IMG/VR virus record: IMGVR_UViG_3300020045_004009
Location: 1 to 55,913 of that record
Origin: a virus
Lineage: Duplodnaviria > Caudoviricetes
Length of the DNA stretch: 55,913 bases
Strand: one strand, 5' to 3'
Shown here piece by piece: positions 1-9,830 of the stretch. Below the pieces are notes generated by a model. It ran no database searches and was not told the DNA's origin. It was given only the letters and a program-made list of their open reading frames with translations. The translations under genes were made by a program, and so were the position numbers. Position 1 is the stretch's first letter; every line of letters begins with the position of its first letter.

Positions 1-102
1 TCGGCTTTAACCGATACACCTTTTGTTTTAATATTTAATTTGGAGTCGGAACTATTTCCAGTATTTGATTGTGATTTACGATGTCCCCAGTGCATACCCA
101 TA
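1..102. repeat. Exact 102-bp inverted copy of 593..694 at the window edge (probable assembly chimera)
   Basis: 1..102 is the reverse complement of 593..694 (tatgggtatgcactgggg...ttaaagccga). Confidence 0.9.
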
Positions 103-211
103 TCTCAGGTGTGGTGATCCTGGGCTCCTTTCAAGCGTTCTCGCCACTTTTAAACAACCTCTGAAACTCGCTATAACTATCACTAAACTTTTAGAAAGGA
201 GGTCTTAACTC

Positions 212-550
212 TTGAAGACTTCCCCAAAACCAATTCAAAACCCTACACCTAAAAGACCTCCTGCTAAAACACCTCAAGGTAGAGAAAACCAATTATGCGC
301 ATTAGCTTATGATTTGGCCGAACAACAGCTTCGAGATGGGACCGCATCTTCTCAAGTCATTTCTCATCTATTAAAAGTTTCTTCCGCCAAAGAGAAGTTA
401 GAATTAGAAAGATTAAAACAAGCAAACGAACTTCTAAAAGCAAAGACTGAATCTATCCAGTCTGGTAAACGTGTTGAGGAGCTCTATCTTAACGCCCTTA
501 ATGCGATGCGCCATTATACTGGTAACGATAAGGAGGACGAGGATGATTAG
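212..550 (+). CDS. Conserved phage protein, possible terminase small subunit
   Basis: AAAGGAGG RBS upstream of TTG; basic N-terminus and helical C-terminus; first gene of the packaging module. Confidence 0.45.
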   Translation: MKTSPKPIQNPTPKRPPAKTPQGRENQLCALAYDLAEQQLRDGTASSQVISHLLKVSSAKEKLELERLKQANELLKAKTESIQSGKRVEELYLNALNAMRHYTGNDKEDEDD

Positions 551-1355
551 CTTAGAAAAACCTCCATTGGACGAGCTTGTTCATTTCGGAATTATGGGTA
601 TGCACTGGGGACATCGTAAATCACAATCAAATACTGGAAATAGTTCCGACTCCAAATTAAATATTAAAACAAAAGGTGTATCGGTTAAAGCCGATGGGTC
701 TATCACGGTTGAGGCAGGAGCCTCGCTTCAAAGACTTGTTCGAAGTAATGGCGAATCTATGCCTTTAAAAGGATTAACATATGCTTCCTTATCTGATTAC
801 GATAACGCAAAATATGTGAAATTTATAGGAGGTAAGGGGTTCTTTGGAGGTGGTAGAGATACAATTGTACAGCTAACAGCTACAGAACCGATCAAAGCAC
901 CGAGTGTAGACGAAGCTTCTAAAATTGTGTCAGATCTTTTTATCAACGATTCAAAATTTAGAAAGACTGTTACCAATATGAGCGGCGATAAGATTACAAA
1001 TAAAGAGTTAGCCATGATAAAAAAAGATCCTACTGGGACGAAAGCAAAAGAGTGGTACGAGGAGGTAAACACGGCTTTAACTTTTGGTGCAGATTTTGAT
1101 CCAACTGCACCATATGTACAAAAGACAATTAGAGAAACTTTTAAAAAGAATGGCTATAATGCGGTTCGAGACGAAAACGATTTTCAGACTGGCGTTTCTA
1201 AAGCCCCAATTATAATATTTTCTCCAGAGAAAACTCTTAAAGTGACAAAAGTTTCAGCTATAACAGATGATCTTCGAAGAGCCTCAAAAGAAAAATTAAA
1301 ACAGTATAATCGTCTTGGAAATGACTGGGTGCAACAACAATTTTATGACCAATAA
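543..1355 (+). CDS. Hypothetical protein with N-terminal LVHFGIMGMHWG motif (putative internal virion protein)
   Basis: ATG at 543 follows GGAGG and overlaps the upstream stop; motif shared with 2110 and 2751. Confidence 0.7.
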   Translation: MISLEKPPLDELVHFGIMGMHWGHRKSQSNTGNSSDSKLNIKTKGVSVKADGSITVEAGASLQRLVRSNGESMPLKGLTYASLSDYDNAKYVKFIGGKGFFGGGRDTIVQLTATEPIKAPSVDEASKIVSDLFINDSKFRKTVTNMSGDKITNKELAMIKKDPTGTKAKEWYEEVNTALTFGADFDPTAPYVQKTIRETFKKNGYNAVRDENDFQTGVSKAPIIIFSPEKTLKVTKVSAITDDLRRASKEKLKQYNRLGNDWVQQQFYDQ

Positions 1356-1370
1356 GAAGGTTGTGATATA

Positions 1371-1787
1371 ATGATTAAATCCTACAGAGATCTTCGTCAA
1401 CTTCGCTCTTTTGAAGATCGTTTTGATTATCTAAAACTCGGAGGAGCAGTCGGTAAAACAACATTCGGTTTCGAGCGTTACATAAACCAACTCCTATATA
1501 ATTCTACAGAATGGAAAAATACCCGCCGCCAAATAATTCTCAGAGATCAAAGTTGCGATCTTGGAATTGAGGGCCGAGAGATCTACTCTCGTTTAATCTC
1601 ACACCATATAAATCCTATAACGATTGAGGATATTGAGTTAGGACGTGATTGCGTATTTGACCCAGACAATCTTATTTGCGCAGTCCATAATACACATCTT
1701 GCTATTCATTATAGCGATAAGTCTTTACTTAATATCTTACCTAAAGAACGCCAGAAAGGAGACACGTGCTTATGGTCAGCATACTAA
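1371..1787 (+). CDS. HNH endonuclease (packaging-associated)
   Basis: RD..C, HHINP, NLI..HNTH pattern; near terminase. Confidence 0.8.
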   Translation: MIKSYRDLRQLRSFEDRFDYLKLGGAVGKTTFGFERYINQLLYNSTEWKNTRRQIILRDQSCDLGIEGREIYSRLISHHINPITIEDIELGRDCVFDPDNLICAVHNTHLAIHYSDKSLLNILPKERQKGDTCLWSAY

Positions 1788-2107
1788 CCTCAATCAAAAA
1801 ACTCCTTGGCCCAACAGAAGAAGACACAAGTTTTGATCAAGACATCATAATCTACATTAATTCGGCACTTATGGTTCTTATGCAACTTGGTGTAGGACCT
1901 TCGACCGGTTTTTCAATCCAAGATTCAAATGCTGTATGGTCGGATTTTATCGGTACTAGAACAGATATAGAATCTATTAAATCCTATATCTATCTCAAAG
2001 TACGTTTAATATTTGATCCCCCACAAACAAGTTTCCTTATCGAGGCTATAAAAGATCAGCTCAAAGAAATTGAGTGGAGGTTAAATGTACAAGTGGAAGG
2101 AGACTAA
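1772..2107 (+). CDS. Head-tail connector/adaptor-like protein
   Basis: SILTSIKKLLG...FDQDIIIYIN...YIYLKVRLIFDPP, a typical gp6-like adaptor pattern. Confidence 0.6.
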   Translation: MVSILTSIKKLLGPTEEDTSFDQDIIIYINSALMVLMQLGVGPSTGFSIQDSNAVWSDFIGTRTDIESIKSYIYLKVRLIFDPPQTSFLIEAIKDQLKEIEWRLNVQVEGD

Positions 2108-2109
2108 AA

Positions 2110-2730
2110 ATGGCTGATAAATCTATTTCAATTAAAAGCGCAACAGATAAAGAATTAGACGCTCTAATTTTGCGTCTAAGAAAAGAAAGCACAGTTCAAA
2201 ATCTTATAATGGATCTCAAGCGACAAAGCACGCCTTCCGATCCGCCAGATCCTCTCGACCCAATGGGTTATTCTAAACCTTTTGACCCTAATAAATACAA
2301 TGTTAGCACAGAAGCTCCTATCGAATCTTTATATCACGAAGAAGTCGAGGCGACGCTTGCACATTTTGGTATCATGGGCATGCATTGGGGACATAGACGA
2401 GGGAGTTCATCCAAACAAAGCAAATCCTCAACTAAAAAAGGACCCGCTTCAGCCGATTATACAACTGCCAGAGAACTCCGTTCAAAAGGCTCAAAACAAT
2501 TATCAAATAAAGAACTACAAGCAGTCGCACAAAGACTTCAACTTGAGAAGCAACTCCGTGATTTGAACACCAGCGATTATACAAAAGGTTTAGACATAGT
2601 TAAAGGTATTACTGGTGTAGGTATGACTGTAGCATCCCTGTACGCTCTTAGCACAACCCCTCTAGGTCAAGCAGTTACCAAAGGTATTAAGAATCGTCTA
2701 AACCCTTATCGCCAAATGAGCATGTTTTAA
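2110..2730 (+). CDS. Hypothetical protein with internal LAHFGIMGMHWG motif
   Basis: ATG at 2110 after GAAGGAG; motif about 85 aa into the protein. Confidence 0.7.
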   Translation: MADKSISIKSATDKELDALILRLRKESTVQNLIMDLKRQSTPSDPPDPLDPMGYSKPFDPNKYNVSTEAPIESLYHEEVEATLAHFGIMGMHWGHRRGSSSKQSKSSTKKGPASADYTTARELRSKGSKQLSNKELQAVAQRLQLEKQLRDLNTSDYTKGLDIVKGITGVGMTVASLYALSTTPLGQAVTKGIKNRLNPYRQMSMF

Positions 2731-2750
2731 AGGATTGGGAGGGTACGTGT

Positions 2751-3263
2751 ATGTCAGAAAAAGTCGATAATACTCTTGCCCATTTCGGAGTATTAGGGAT
2801 GAGGTGGGGGCGACATAATTCAAATGAACCGACGCGCAAAGCTATTCGTGAGAGAGTTAAAATCATTAAGAAAAATAAGATAGTTGAAGATATCGACGTG
2901 ATAATACGATCTCAAAAAAAAATGGAACGGTATCCTAAACTATCTCAAAAAACAGCCATTTCATTAGTTAAAGGTGAACAATTTACCAAAGGATTATTAA
3001 AAACTACAGCGCAAGGTCTTGTTCTTGGGACAATTGTAATTGGTGGAGCTGCTGCGCTTGGTAAAATGACTGGTAGCACCGCGCAAGTTCCATTTACACC
3101 GACCGGACTTGCGAAAACTGTTTTTACTGGACGTAATATAGCGTTACTAACACTTTCCGCGGTTGGTGCACAATCTATAAACTCTCTAATCTATAATGAC
3201 GCTACTAATACAGCGTTAAGGCAAGTGGCGAGAGCTGAGCTGATCAAAGAGACAAAGAACTAA
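2751..3263 (+). CDS. Hypothetical protein with N-terminal LAHFGVLGMRWG motif and hydrophobic segments
   Basis: GGGAGGG RBS; motif shared with 543 and 2110. Confidence 0.7.
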   Translation: MSEKVDNTLAHFGVLGMRWGRHNSNEPTRKAIRERVKIIKKNKIVEDIDVIIRSQKKMERYPKLSQKTAISLVKGEQFTKGLLKTTAQGLVLGTIVIGGAAALGKMTGSTAQVPFTPTGLAKTVFTGRNIALLTLSAVGAQSINSLIYNDATNTALRQVARAELIKETKN

Positions 3264-3275
3264 GAGGTGTAACTT

Positions 3276-5021
3276 ATGGCTCTATCAAACACTGCAACAC
3301 CTCGCTATTATGGGCAATTTCGAGATGATGTATTAAAAGGTAACATTCCTGTATGTAAAGAAATTTCGATGGAGATGAATCGTATAGACGGTCTCATCGC
3401 TAATCGAGGAATTTATTATGATGAGGACGCTGTTGAAGGATTTATTGCTTATTGTGAAGCGGAATTAACCCTTACTGATGGCGGCGATTTAGTACTTCTT
3501 GATAGTTTCAAATTATGGGGTGAGCAAGTCTTTGGGTGGTATTATTATGTCGAACGTAGCATCTATGTACCAAGTGCTGATAACCATGGTGGTAAGTACA
3601 TACGTAAGATGATTAAGAAGCGGTTGATTAATAAACAATATTTAGTCGTCGGCCGAGGTGCAGCAAAGTCAATATATGACTCTTGTGTCCAGGCATACTT
3701 CTTAAACGTTGACACTACGACAACCCATCAAATAACAACTGCCCCTACGATGAAACAAGCAGACGAAATCATGTCTCCAATCCGCACCGCCATTACTCGC
3801 GCGAGAGGACCGCTATTTAAATTTCTAACAGAGGGTTCTTTGCAAAATACAACTGGCTCAAAAGCAAATAGAATGAAGTTAACATCCACAAAAAAAGGTA
3901 TTGAGAATTTTCTTACCGGTTCCCTGTTAGAGATTCGCCCCATGAACATAGACAAGTTACAAGGTCTTAGACCGAAGATCGCCACAGTTGACGAATGGCT
4001 TTCTGGTGACATCCGAGAAGATGTCGTCGGTGCAATTGAGCAAGGTGCATCCAAACTCGATGATTATCTGATCATCGCTACAAGTTCCGAGGGGACAGTC
4101 CGTAATGGTAGTGGCGATACTATCAAAATGGAACTAATGAACATACTTAAGGGTGAGTACATAAACCAACATGTCTCGATCTGGTATTATCGATTAGACG
4201 ACGTGAAGGAAGTTAATGACCCGGCGATGTGGATTAAGGCTAATCCTAACCTTGGCAAGACTGTGACGTACGAAGCCTATCAACAAGACGTTGAGCGCGC
4301 TGAAAATGCCCCGGCAACAAGGAATGACATCCTAGCAAAACGCTTCGGAATTCCTATGGAAGGATACACATACTTCTTTACGTACGAAGAAACCTTACCA
4401 CACCGACGTAGAGACTTTTGGTCCATGGCGTGTGCATTAGGAGGAGATCTTTCACAAGGAGATGACTTCTGTGCCTTTACTTTTCTCTTCCCTTTACCTG
4501 GAAGTAAGTTTGGTGTTAAGACCAGGTGTTATATTTCCTCACTGACTCTTATGAAATTACCAGGTGCTATGCGAATTAAGTACGACCAGTTTATCAATGA
4601 AGGATCTTTAATGGTTCTGGATTGTACAGTCCTTGATATGATGGACGTGTATGAGGATCTTGATAAATTTATTATTGACTGCGAGTATGACGTTCGTTGT
4701 TTTGGTTTTGACCCATATAATGCTAAAGAATTTACCGACAGATGGAAGCAAGAAAATGGAGAGTTCAGTTTAGTCAAAGTTATTCAAGGAATCAAAACTG
4801 AGTCCGTACCCCTCGGAGAACTTAAAACTCTTTCAGAAGAACGGTTTCTCGTATTTGACCAAGAATTAATGACATTTGCTATGGGTAATGCTATAACTCT
4901 TGAGGACACAAATGGAAATCGCAAACTTTTAAAGAAGCGATATGATCAGAAGATCGATAGTGTGTCAGCTCTTATGGATGCGTGGATTGCCTATAAGTTA
5001 AATAAAGATGCTTTTGAATAA
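3276..5021 (+). CDS. terL: Terminase large subunit
   Basis: Walker A variant GRGAAKS, Walker B ATVDE, nuclease motifs GGDLSQGDD and KIDSVSALMDA. Confidence 0.92.
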   Translation: MALSNTATPRYYGQFRDDVLKGNIPVCKEISMEMNRIDGLIANRGIYYDEDAVEGFIAYCEAELTLTDGGDLVLLDSFKLWGEQVFGWYYYVERSIYVPSADNHGGKYIRKMIKKRLINKQYLVVGRGAAKSIYDSCVQAYFLNVDTTTTHQITTAPTMKQADEIMSPIRTAITRARGPLFKFLTEGSLQNTTGSKANRMKLTSTKKGIENFLTGSLLEIRPMNIDKLQGLRPKIATVDEWLSGDIREDVVGAIEQGASKLDDYLIIATSSEGTVRNGSGDTIKMELMNILKGEYINQHVSIWYYRLDDVKEVNDPAMWIKANPNLGKTVTYEAYQQDVERAENAPATRNDILAKRFGIPMEGYTYFFTYEETLPHRRRDFWSMACALGGDLSQGDDFCAFTFLFPLPGSKFGVKTRCYISSLTLMKLPGAMRIKYDQFINEGSLMVLDCTVLDMMDVYEDLDKFIIDCEYDVRCFGFDPYNAKEFTDRWKQENGEFSLVKVIQGIKTESVPLGELKTLSEERFLVFDQELMTFAMGNAITLEDTNGNRKLLKKRYDQKIDSVSALMDAWIAYKLNKDAFE

Positions 5022-5041
5022 TAATAAAAAGGAGATTGAAA

Positions 5042-6022
5042 ATGAATAATTTAACCTCTACAGAAAAGGTCGTGTTGAACAATTCATCACAAGCTCGAAA
5101 CGTCAACGTAAAACTTGGAGATAAAATCCAAGAAATCATTGAAACGGTAGGCGTAAGTGGTACCCCAGTGAACGCAGTTGCTGCAAAAGATACACTGACA
5201 ATTTCAGGTATCACAACTGATGGCGAAACGTTTACAATTAATAATCCGGCTGTCGCGGGGGTTGATACCTACGAGTTTTTAGCCGACGCCGCGCAATCCA
5301 AAACATCTCTTGGTAATATTCCTATCAACATTACATCTTACGCCGCCAAAGCTACAGGCGCATTAACGATGGCGACTCAACCTATAGCTGGAGATACGAT
5401 TACTATTGGCGCAAATACGTATATATTTGTCCCAGTTGGAACAGCTAATAGCGTAGGTGAAGTTTCAAAAGGTGCTGATGTAGCTGGGGCACAAGGCCAT
5501 CTTGTCGCCGCTATTAACGGTACAGATGGAGTTAATATCCCGCATCCACACGTTACTGCGTCAGCTTTTACAGCTAATGTGTGTACTATAACCGCTTTAA
5601 TTGGTGGTACTGATGGAAACACCATCGCTACAACTGAAACTTTAACAGCAGCCGGTAATGTCTTCGCCGCAGCAACTCTTGGTTCTGGTGGTAACTGTTC
5701 AGCCGCTAATACCGTAACTGCGATTATAGCCGCTATCACAGCTTCCGACACACAAGGAGTTGGAGCTACGGCTGGAGCCGGTACATCCGTTGTAATCACT
5801 GCGGATGTTGCAGGAATAGTAGGAAATAGTATTACTATATCGGATACAATGGACAATGGCGAATTTACAGCCGCTGCGACATCTTTGACTGGTGGTGTGG
5901 ATGGTACAGTTGCTGCTGGATTAGCATTAAAAGCTGATGGGTCCTATCTATATATTTGCCCACTTGGTAATACTACTGCGCAAGCTAACTGGCGTCGTAT
6001 TGCTCTTGGTAATGCATTTTAA
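5042..6022 (+). CDS. Thr/Ala/Gly-rich beta-structured virion protein (decoration/fibre-like)
   Basis: Composition and internally repeated segments; located between terL and portal. Confidence 0.55.
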   Translation: MNNLTSTEKVVLNNSSQARNVNVKLGDKIQEIIETVGVSGTPVNAVAAKDTLTISGITTDGETFTINNPAVAGVDTYEFLADAAQSKTSLGNIPINITSYAAKATGALTMATQPIAGDTITIGANTYIFVPVGTANSVGEVSKGADVAGAQGHLVAAINGTDGVNIPHPHVTASAFTANVCTITALIGGTDGNTIATTETLTAAGNVFAAATLGSGGNCSAANTVTAIIAAITASDTQGVGATAGAGTSVVITADVAGIVGNSITISDTMDNGEFTAAATSLTGGVDGTVAAGLALKADGSYLYICPLGNTTAQANWRRIALGNAF

Positions 6023-6040
6023 TTAAAGGAGGCGAAACGA

Positions 6041-7294
6041 TTGCCAGATACATTTGGAGGAAGACTAAAACACGCATGGAATGCGTTCCGAAATCGCGAC
6101 CCTACTGAGTCAGCGTCAGAGTATAGGGATATTGGTTATGCCTCCTATACAAGACAAGACCGAACAAGACTGCATATTACAAGTGAACGCTCTATAATAA
6201 TATCCGTTTATAATCGAATTGCGCTCGATGTCGCAGCAGTTAATATGCAACATGTTAGAACAGATCAAAATGGGAGGTTTATTGAAGGAATTGTGTCGGG
6301 CCTAAACACTATATTAACGCTCGAAGCAAACCTTGACCAGACAAGCCGTGCTTTTATACTCGACATTGTAATGTCAATGTTCGACGAAGGTGTCGTGGCC
6401 GTTGTTCCTGTTGAAACCACACTTAATCCTAAACTATCTAGTTCGTACGATCTTATATCTATGCGAACTGGTAGAATTATTGGATGGTATCCAAAACATG
6501 TACGAGTTCGTTTATATAATGATATAAGTGGAACACAAGAAGAGTTACTACTTCCAAAAAGTAGTGTAGCCATTATTGAAAATCCTTTATATGCAGTAAT
6601 GAACGAACCAAATAGTACATTAAAAAGACTATTAAAAAAGTTATCGATCCTTGATGCTATTGACGAGCAAAGTGGCGCTGGTAAATTAGATTTGATTATT
6701 CAACTCCCTTATGTTATTAAATCCGATGCTCGACGCGCACAGGCAGAAACCCGTCGTAAAGACATCGAAACCCAACTTGCAGGTTCGAAGTATGGGATCG
6801 CATATACCGACGGAACTGAAAAAGTTACTCAATTAAATCGTCCTGCTGAAAACAATCTCATGACACAAATTCAGTATCTAACGAGTATGCTTTATAGCCA
6901 GTTAGGTTTAACGGAAGAAGTGTTTAATGGGAAAGCCGATGAAGCGGCGATGTTAAATTACCAAAATCGAACCGTCATACCAATTATAATGACAATTATC
7001 GACGAGTTCAGAAGAAAATTCCTTACGAAAACGGCTAGGACACAAAATCAGACCATTATGTACTTCCGTGATGCCTTTAGTATTGTTCCCGCAACCGAAT
7101 TAGCAAATATTGCTGATAAATTTACGAGGAATGAAATCTTGTCGGCAAATGATGTACGCGCCATTATTGGATACAAACCATCGAATGATCCCGCAGCAGA
7201 CGAGCTCCGCAATAAGAATATAAGTAAATCTACTGTGGACATCCCGAGTGAAGCTGTCGATAATGGCAAAAATGGAAGTTCTGATGACCAATAA
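6041..7294 (+). CDS. Portal protein
   Basis: 417 aa, AAAGGAGG RBS, between terL and capsid; C-terminal NEILSANDVRAIIG typical of HK97-type portals. Confidence 0.88.
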   Translation: MPDTFGGRLKHAWNAFRNRDPTESASEYRDIGYASYTRQDRTRLHITSERSIIISVYNRIALDVAAVNMQHVRTDQNGRFIEGIVSGLNTILTLEANLDQTSRAFILDIVMSMFDEGVVAVVPVETTLNPKLSSSYDLISMRTGRIIGWYPKHVRVRLYNDISGTQEELLLPKSSVAIIENPLYAVMNEPNSTLKRLLKKLSILDAIDEQSGAGKLDLIIQLPYVIKSDARRAQAETRRKDIETQLAGSKYGIAYTDGTEKVTQLNRPAENNLMTQIQYLTSMLYSQLGLTEEVFNGKADEAAMLNYQNRTVIPIIMTIIDEFRRKFLTKTARTQNQTIMYFRDAFSIVPATELANIADKFTRNEILSANDVRAIIGYKPSNDPAADELRNKNISKSTVDIPSEAVDNGKNGSSDDQ

Positions 7295-7323
7295 TCAAAC
7301 CAATTGTTAGGAGGATCTTTATC

Positions 7324-9162
7324 ATGGCAAAGGGTACATATGACTTTAGTGGATATGCCACTAAAAATGGGCTTAAATGCACCGATGGACGTACAATCCT
7401 TAAAGATGCATTTAAACACCAGGATGGTCAGAAAGTCCCGCTAGTATGGCAACATCTCCATAATGATCCAGAAAATATACTTGGACACGCTATTCTTGAG
7501 AATAAAGAAGATGGTGTGTATTGTTATGGGACGTTCAACGATACAAAAGCAGGGAAAAATGCGAAAGCATTAGTTATTCATGGGGATATTTCCTCATTAT
7601 CAATCTATGCTAATCAATTAAAAGAGCAAGCTAAGAACGTCATGCATGGAGCAATTCGTGAAGTAAGTCTTGTCTTATCTGGAGCAAATCCTGGAGCAAC
7701 TATCGATAACCTAAGTTTTGCTCACGGAGATGGCACTTTTGACACCGACGAAACAGAAGCTATTATCTTTACGGGCCTCGAGTTTTCGCATGAAGACAAA
7801 GATGGTACGGATAAGACAGTATCTGATGTTTTTGAGACATTCACCGAAGAGCAAAAGAGTGTCGTTTACGCGATGATCGCACATGCCTCTGGTGAAAAAG
7901 ATGAGGCTGCCAACCCTGAAACGGACCTCGAGCATAAGGATAAAAAAGTTGCTACTGGAGACGATCGCACTGTCGAAGAAGTGTTTAACACCTTTGACGA
8001 AGACCAAAAGAAAATCGTATATTATATGATTGGCGCAGCGCTTGAAGAAGCAGCTGGCTCCGAAGAAACAAAACATTCTGATAGTGATGATGGAGGAGAT
8101 TCAATTATGAAAACAAATGTGTTTGACAAACAAACTGCCCCTACGGAAAATGTTCTTACCCACGACCAGTGCAACACGATCATTGGTGACGCTAAGCGTT
8201 ATGGCTCTCTGAAGGAAAGTTTCCTTGCTCACGCCACCGAGTATGGTATTGACCCCATCGCTTATTTATTCCCGGACGCGCAGAATGTTAATTCTGGTGG
8301 CCCCGAGTTCATCAAAAGAGACGACGCCTGGGTCGCTGGTGTTCTTTCCGAAACCACCCACACACCATTCTCTCGTATCAAAACTCTTGCTGCCGATATT
8401 ACAGCTGATGAAGCTAGAGCTAAGGGTTATGTTACAGGCTCTCTGAAGAAAGAAGAAGTAATTTCTCTTCTGAAGCGTATCACAACCCCAACCACCATTT
8501 ATAAGAAACAGAAACTTGACCGTGATGATATTGTCGACATCACAGATTTTGACGTTGTAGTTTGGTTAAAACAAGAAATGCGTCTGATGCTGAACGAAGA
8601 AATTGCAAGAGCAATTCTGCTTGGCGATGGTCGGGATGTTTCCTCAGAAGACAAAATCAATGAGCAAAACATTCGGCCTATCGCTCTTGATAATGATAGT
8701 GTCTTCGTTTACAGAACCCAAGTTGAAAATGACTCTACTGCCGACGAAATCATCGACGAATGTATCATCGCCAGGAAGAATTATAAAGGTTCTGGTGTTC
8801 CGACCTTGTATACCTCTACTGATCTTCTTACTGATATGCTGCTGATCAAAGATAGTATGGGCCATCGCATGTACAATAATGTACAAGAACTTGCGTCTGT
8901 ACTTCGCGTAAGTAAAATCGTTGAAGTTGAAGCTATGAATAGTGCCGTCCGTGTTTCTGGTGACGATACTTTCCAAATTCTTGGAATTATTGTTAATCTT
9001 AAAGACTACACTGTTGGTGCCGATAAGGGCGGAGCAATTGCGATGTTTGACGATTTCGACATTGACTACAATCAGCAAAAATATCTAATCGAAACCAGAA
9101 TCTCTGGAGCTTTAACCAAGCCAAAATCAGCGCTCATCATTGAAAGAGCTCCCAGACCGTAA
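7324..9162 (+). CDS. Prohead protease - scaffold linker - major capsid protein fusion
   Basis: N-terminal protease (FSGYA, PLVWQH, LSIYA, EVSLVLSGANPGA), acidic linker, HK97-like capsid C-terminus (EEIARAILLGDG, YLIETRISG). Confidence 0.88.
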   Translation: MAKGTYDFSGYATKNGLKCTDGRTILKDAFKHQDGQKVPLVWQHLHNDPENILGHAILENKEDGVYCYGTFNDTKAGKNAKALVIHGDISSLSIYANQLKEQAKNVMHGAIREVSLVLSGANPGATIDNLSFAHGDGTFDTDETEAIIFTGLEFSHEDKDGTDKTVSDVFETFTEEQKSVVYAMIAHASGEKDEAANPETDLEHKDKKVATGDDRTVEEVFNTFDEDQKKIVYYMIGAALEEAAGSEETKHSDSDDGGDSIMKTNVFDKQTAPTENVLTHDQCNTIIGDAKRYGSLKESFLAHATEYGIDPIAYLFPDAQNVNSGGPEFIKRDDAWVAGVLSETTHTPFSRIKTLAADITADEARAKGYVTGSLKKEEVISLLKRITTPTTIYKKQKLDRDDIVDITDFDVVVWLKQEMRLMLNEEIARAILLGDGRDVSSEDKINEQNIRPIALDNDSVFVYRTQVENDSTADEIIDECIIARKNYKGSGVPTLYTSTDLLTDMLLIKDSMGHRMYNNVQELASVLRVSKIVEVEAMNSAVRVSGDDTFQILGIIVNLKDYTVGADKGGAIAMFDDFDIDYNQQKYLIETRISGALTKPKSALIIERAPRP

Positions 9163-9201
9163 TGACTTTTAAACTCTAATAAGTTAGGAGAAGCTTCAAA
9201 G

Positions 9202-9525
9202 ATGGCAAAGTTTTTTGGACCTATCGGTTATGCCGAGACTACCGAAACTGCGCCTGGAGTGTGGCGCGAACATATCGCCGAACGTAATTATTATGGCGAC
9301 GTGATTCGTAACACAAGAAGATTAGAAGCTGGGGTAAGCATCAACGACAACGTCACTAGTAATAACCTTATAAGCGTTGTAGCCGATCCCTATGCCTATC
9401 AGAATTTTCATACAATGCGATACATAAGATGGATGGGGGCTTCTTGGAAAATTACTAACGTAGAAGTTCAAAGGCCCCGACTTCTTTTAACGATGGGGGG
9501 CATTTATAATGGAGAGACGTCTTGA
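9202..9525 (+). CDS. Head-closure (stopper) protein
   Basis: Synteny after capsid; short beta-rich protein. Confidence 0.6.
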   Translation: MAKFFGPIGYAETTETAPGVWREHIAERNYYGDVIRNTRRLEAGVSINDNVTSNNLISVVADPYAYQNFHTMRYIRWMGASWKITNVEVQRPRLLLTMGGIYNGETS

Positions 9526-9814
9526 ATTACAATCTCTATTAGAATTGCTTCTTGGCACAAGAAATGTGTATTATCAACCGCCTGAGTCAGTCAAAATGGC
9601 ATACCCATGCATTGTATATTCCCGTAGTTCTGGCGATTCTCAATTTGCTAACGATAAACCATACAAACATCAGGTGATGTATCAGGTAATCCTGATAGAA
9701 AAAAATCCTGATAGTGCGATGCTCGAACGCCTTGCAATGCTTCCAATGTCGCGGTTTATTAGACATTATACCGTTGATAATCTAAATCATGATGTCTACA
9801 ATATTTATTATTAA
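9509..9814 (+). CDS. Tail terminator/completion protein
   Basis: VYYQPP...YPCIVY pattern; directly upstream of MTP. Confidence 0.65.
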   Translation: MERRLELQSLLELLLGTRNVYYQPPESVKMAYPCIVYSRSSGDSQFANDKPYKHQVMYQVILIEKNPDSAMLERLAMLPMSRFIRHYTVDNLNHDVYNIYY

Positions 9815-9830
9815 AAAGGAGGACCTTCTA

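Noticed and set aside
1-694. Perfect 102-bp inverted repeat (1..102 vs 593..694) as an invertible element or terminal repeat
   Set aside because: It sits at the contig edge, copies the middle of a gene exactly, and no recombinase is present; typical of an amplification or assembly inversion chimera
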